From Camelus dromedarius (Eukaryota): a stretch of 64,000 nt of DNA. The notes under the pieces are model-generated. The model had not been told where the DNA came from and ran no database searches. It saw only the letters and a list, made by a program, of their open reading frames with translations. Each line of letters opens with the position of its first letter. Within the stretch, counting starts at the first letter, position 1. The position numbers and the translations under genes are program-made. Positions 61,881-64,000 of this stretch are shown in pieces. Location of the stretch: the NCBI RefSeq assembly GCF_036321535.1, contig NC_087436.1:70186001-70250000 (forward strand), given 5' to 3'.

Positions 61881-63879
61881 AATTCAGGTCTTGTTTTTGT
61901 TTTTTTTTTTGTTTGTTTGTTTGTTTGTTTTTTTGCTTTAGCAGTGAAACCACATCTCAACAGCAGCTACAATAGGAATCACTATCTGAGTTTATAACAA
62001 TCCACTCATTCTCCAAAATTCATCTGTCTTCTATAGACTCTCCCTAACCCTTATTTTACTACCCAGTATATGATGCTTTACAGGTGGATTTTTTTTCTTC
62101 TTAATGTTGGTACAGGCATCTTCTTAGATGTGAACACTTTCAGAATATTATCAAAACTAGAAAGAAAATAGGAAAATTGGAGAGCATTTTTCTTTAAAGC
62201 ATTACTTTGGGAACCTCAGTCATAAAGGAAAAAGCAAGTACTTCTATCTATACATGTATAATGATAGTTACCATTGTTGCTGTGTACTTATTCACAACAA
62301 CCTACAAGCTAAATACTAATTCCATTTGTTACATTGGAAAACTGAGATGCAGTGAAATTAAGTGACATGGCCCAGTCTCACAGCTAGCAGCACAGAGCAA
62401 GGTCTTAAGCCAGATATCTCACCCCAAACTAGTTCTCTATACACTATACCATATTCCAACAAATGAGATTATGTTCTTTATTCTCTTTCCAGAATACAAA
62501 TTGCTCTAGAATTACCTGACATAATTTTATTCTTAAAAGGGTTATTATTAAGTAAGAGGATAATGAGAATTGTTAAAATGTCTTCAAGCCCTTTAAACTT
62601 TCTTTCTTAACATGCATTTTGAATTTCATAAATACTTTTATAGTGTTTACCTCTTCCATATTTTCTCTTCTTTTAGGTAATTAAGGAGGAAAATGATAAT
62701 AATTGTTGCAAAACCTAATCAATTCTTCTGAGCATAATATCTATGAAAAAGGTTCGAAAATCTGCAGTTCCTTATTTGGATGTTAGTAATTATTATTTAT
62801 TGACTTGCCCCATCCTTCTCTGTCATATGACTGCTATGAGTCAATATTTTTAGAAATATGAAATTTTCTGTCTGAAAGTTGGTTTCATTTGCCCAGATCT
62901 GAATATAAGGTAGAGTCTGATTTGTAGTAATGTTGATATAATCCATTAGTATGTGATTTTGTGAAAGTAATCTGCTATGAACTAATAACAATGGCATTTC
63001 ATTAAAAAATTAAAGTGCTATTTCTTTATAGGAATGTAGAGACAGTTTCATATTCAGCTAGTTGTGGGCCTGATTTTTCATTGACTTACCAAGGTGTTTT
63101 AGGAAAGTAAAACTGAGGGCAGTTTTATGGAGTATTAATCCTAAGTACATGGAACTCACTTAATTATTGCTTCATGGTCACTGGTCAATTTTTCAGAAAG
63201 TAAAACTCATACACTAAATAGATTTTATTACAAAATACACTCTTCAGCAAGTGAATAGAATTATATTAATATATTGAAAAGTAAAAAGTTGTAACAAATA
63301 CCAATGAATTAAAAAGAAAAAAAAAGTAATTTATCTGCTTTTCTCCTTTCAGTGTAACATTTGATAGGAAGATGGCTAGATTCATCAGAATTAAGAAATA
63401 AACCAGTTTTGTTTTGCTTGTAGTTTGTTATTTATATTCAAAAAAGCATATTGGAGGCTGGGGGGAATGAGGGAAATAGGTGGGGTTACAAAGGAGTAGT
63501 AAAGTTTATCTTAGTTTAATAAAATCTATAATTACACTTATTTTTAAGTTACAAATCTGATTAGTACTTATCTGCTTAAAAATCCCCCATGGGTCCCCAC
63601 TGCTCATCAGGTCCAGCTCAGACCATTACCAAGGCTACAAAACTGGTCTGGTTCCAACCAGATCTGAACAGCCTCAATTCCTACTGATCTGTGCTATGCA
63701 CTTATGCTCCAGCTGTACAGAACTTGCAAGTCTTTTCTGAACAGAATCTTCTTGTTAAAATTTTCTTTTTTTCATATTATAAAAAGAAAACATGGTCCAT
63801 CAGAACAAAGCTGAAAAGAAAAAAAATTAAGATAATTCCCATAATCTCACCACAGTTAATGAAGTAGTGTTTTACTTTG

Positions 63880-64000
63880 AAAATGGAGGAATAAGGTCAC
63901 AAGTCGAGGAATGGAGGCCACCTCAAGAAGCTAGAAAGCAAAGGAAATGGGTTCTCCCCTAGAGGCTCCAGAAGGAACATAGCCCTGATGACAACCTGAT
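63880..64000 (+). mobile_element. MaLR LTR (MLT1-like) fragment, cut by the window end
   Basis: agaagctagaaagcaaaggaaatgggttctcccctagaggctccagaaggaac is typical MLT1 core. Confidence 0.75.

Noticed and set aside
52600..64000. Start of the next syntenic gene (MOB1B in human)
   Set aside because: No second CpG island or recognisable exon; the region reads as repeat-rich intergenic DNA

Overview
AT-rich mammalian genomic DNA. Three copies of a tRNA-derived SINE beginning GGGGAGGGTATAGCTCAGTGGTAGAG suggest a camelid (inference). The window holds two convergent protein-coding genes. (1) RUFY3 on the + strand, missing its first two coding exons. Ten shared exons (607-16118) encode the RUN domain and coiled coils. 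They lead either to a short FYVE-less terminal exon (17633-17705, ...LIPKHH*) or to six further exons (20136-28813) ending in an atypical FYVE zinc finger. (2) The complete GRSF1 gene on the - strand: 9 coding exons (ATG 50916, stop 40826, 476 aa), a non-coding last exon after a 3'UTR intron, and a CpG-island promoter. The rest is intron and intergenic DNA with L1, L2, MIR, Tigger, LTR and ERV-L relics and microsatellites. Almost all ORF-track entries are spurious. I see no convincing new biological system. The best leads are an alternative GRSF1 first exon ending in ATG|GT that would give an isoform without the mitochondrial presequence, a possible 54-nt RUFY3 cassette exon with an in-frame stop, a scrambled L1 mosaic flanked by a direct repeat, a perfect 24-bp palindrome in the RUFY3 3'UTR, and a solo LTR upstream of GRSF1.
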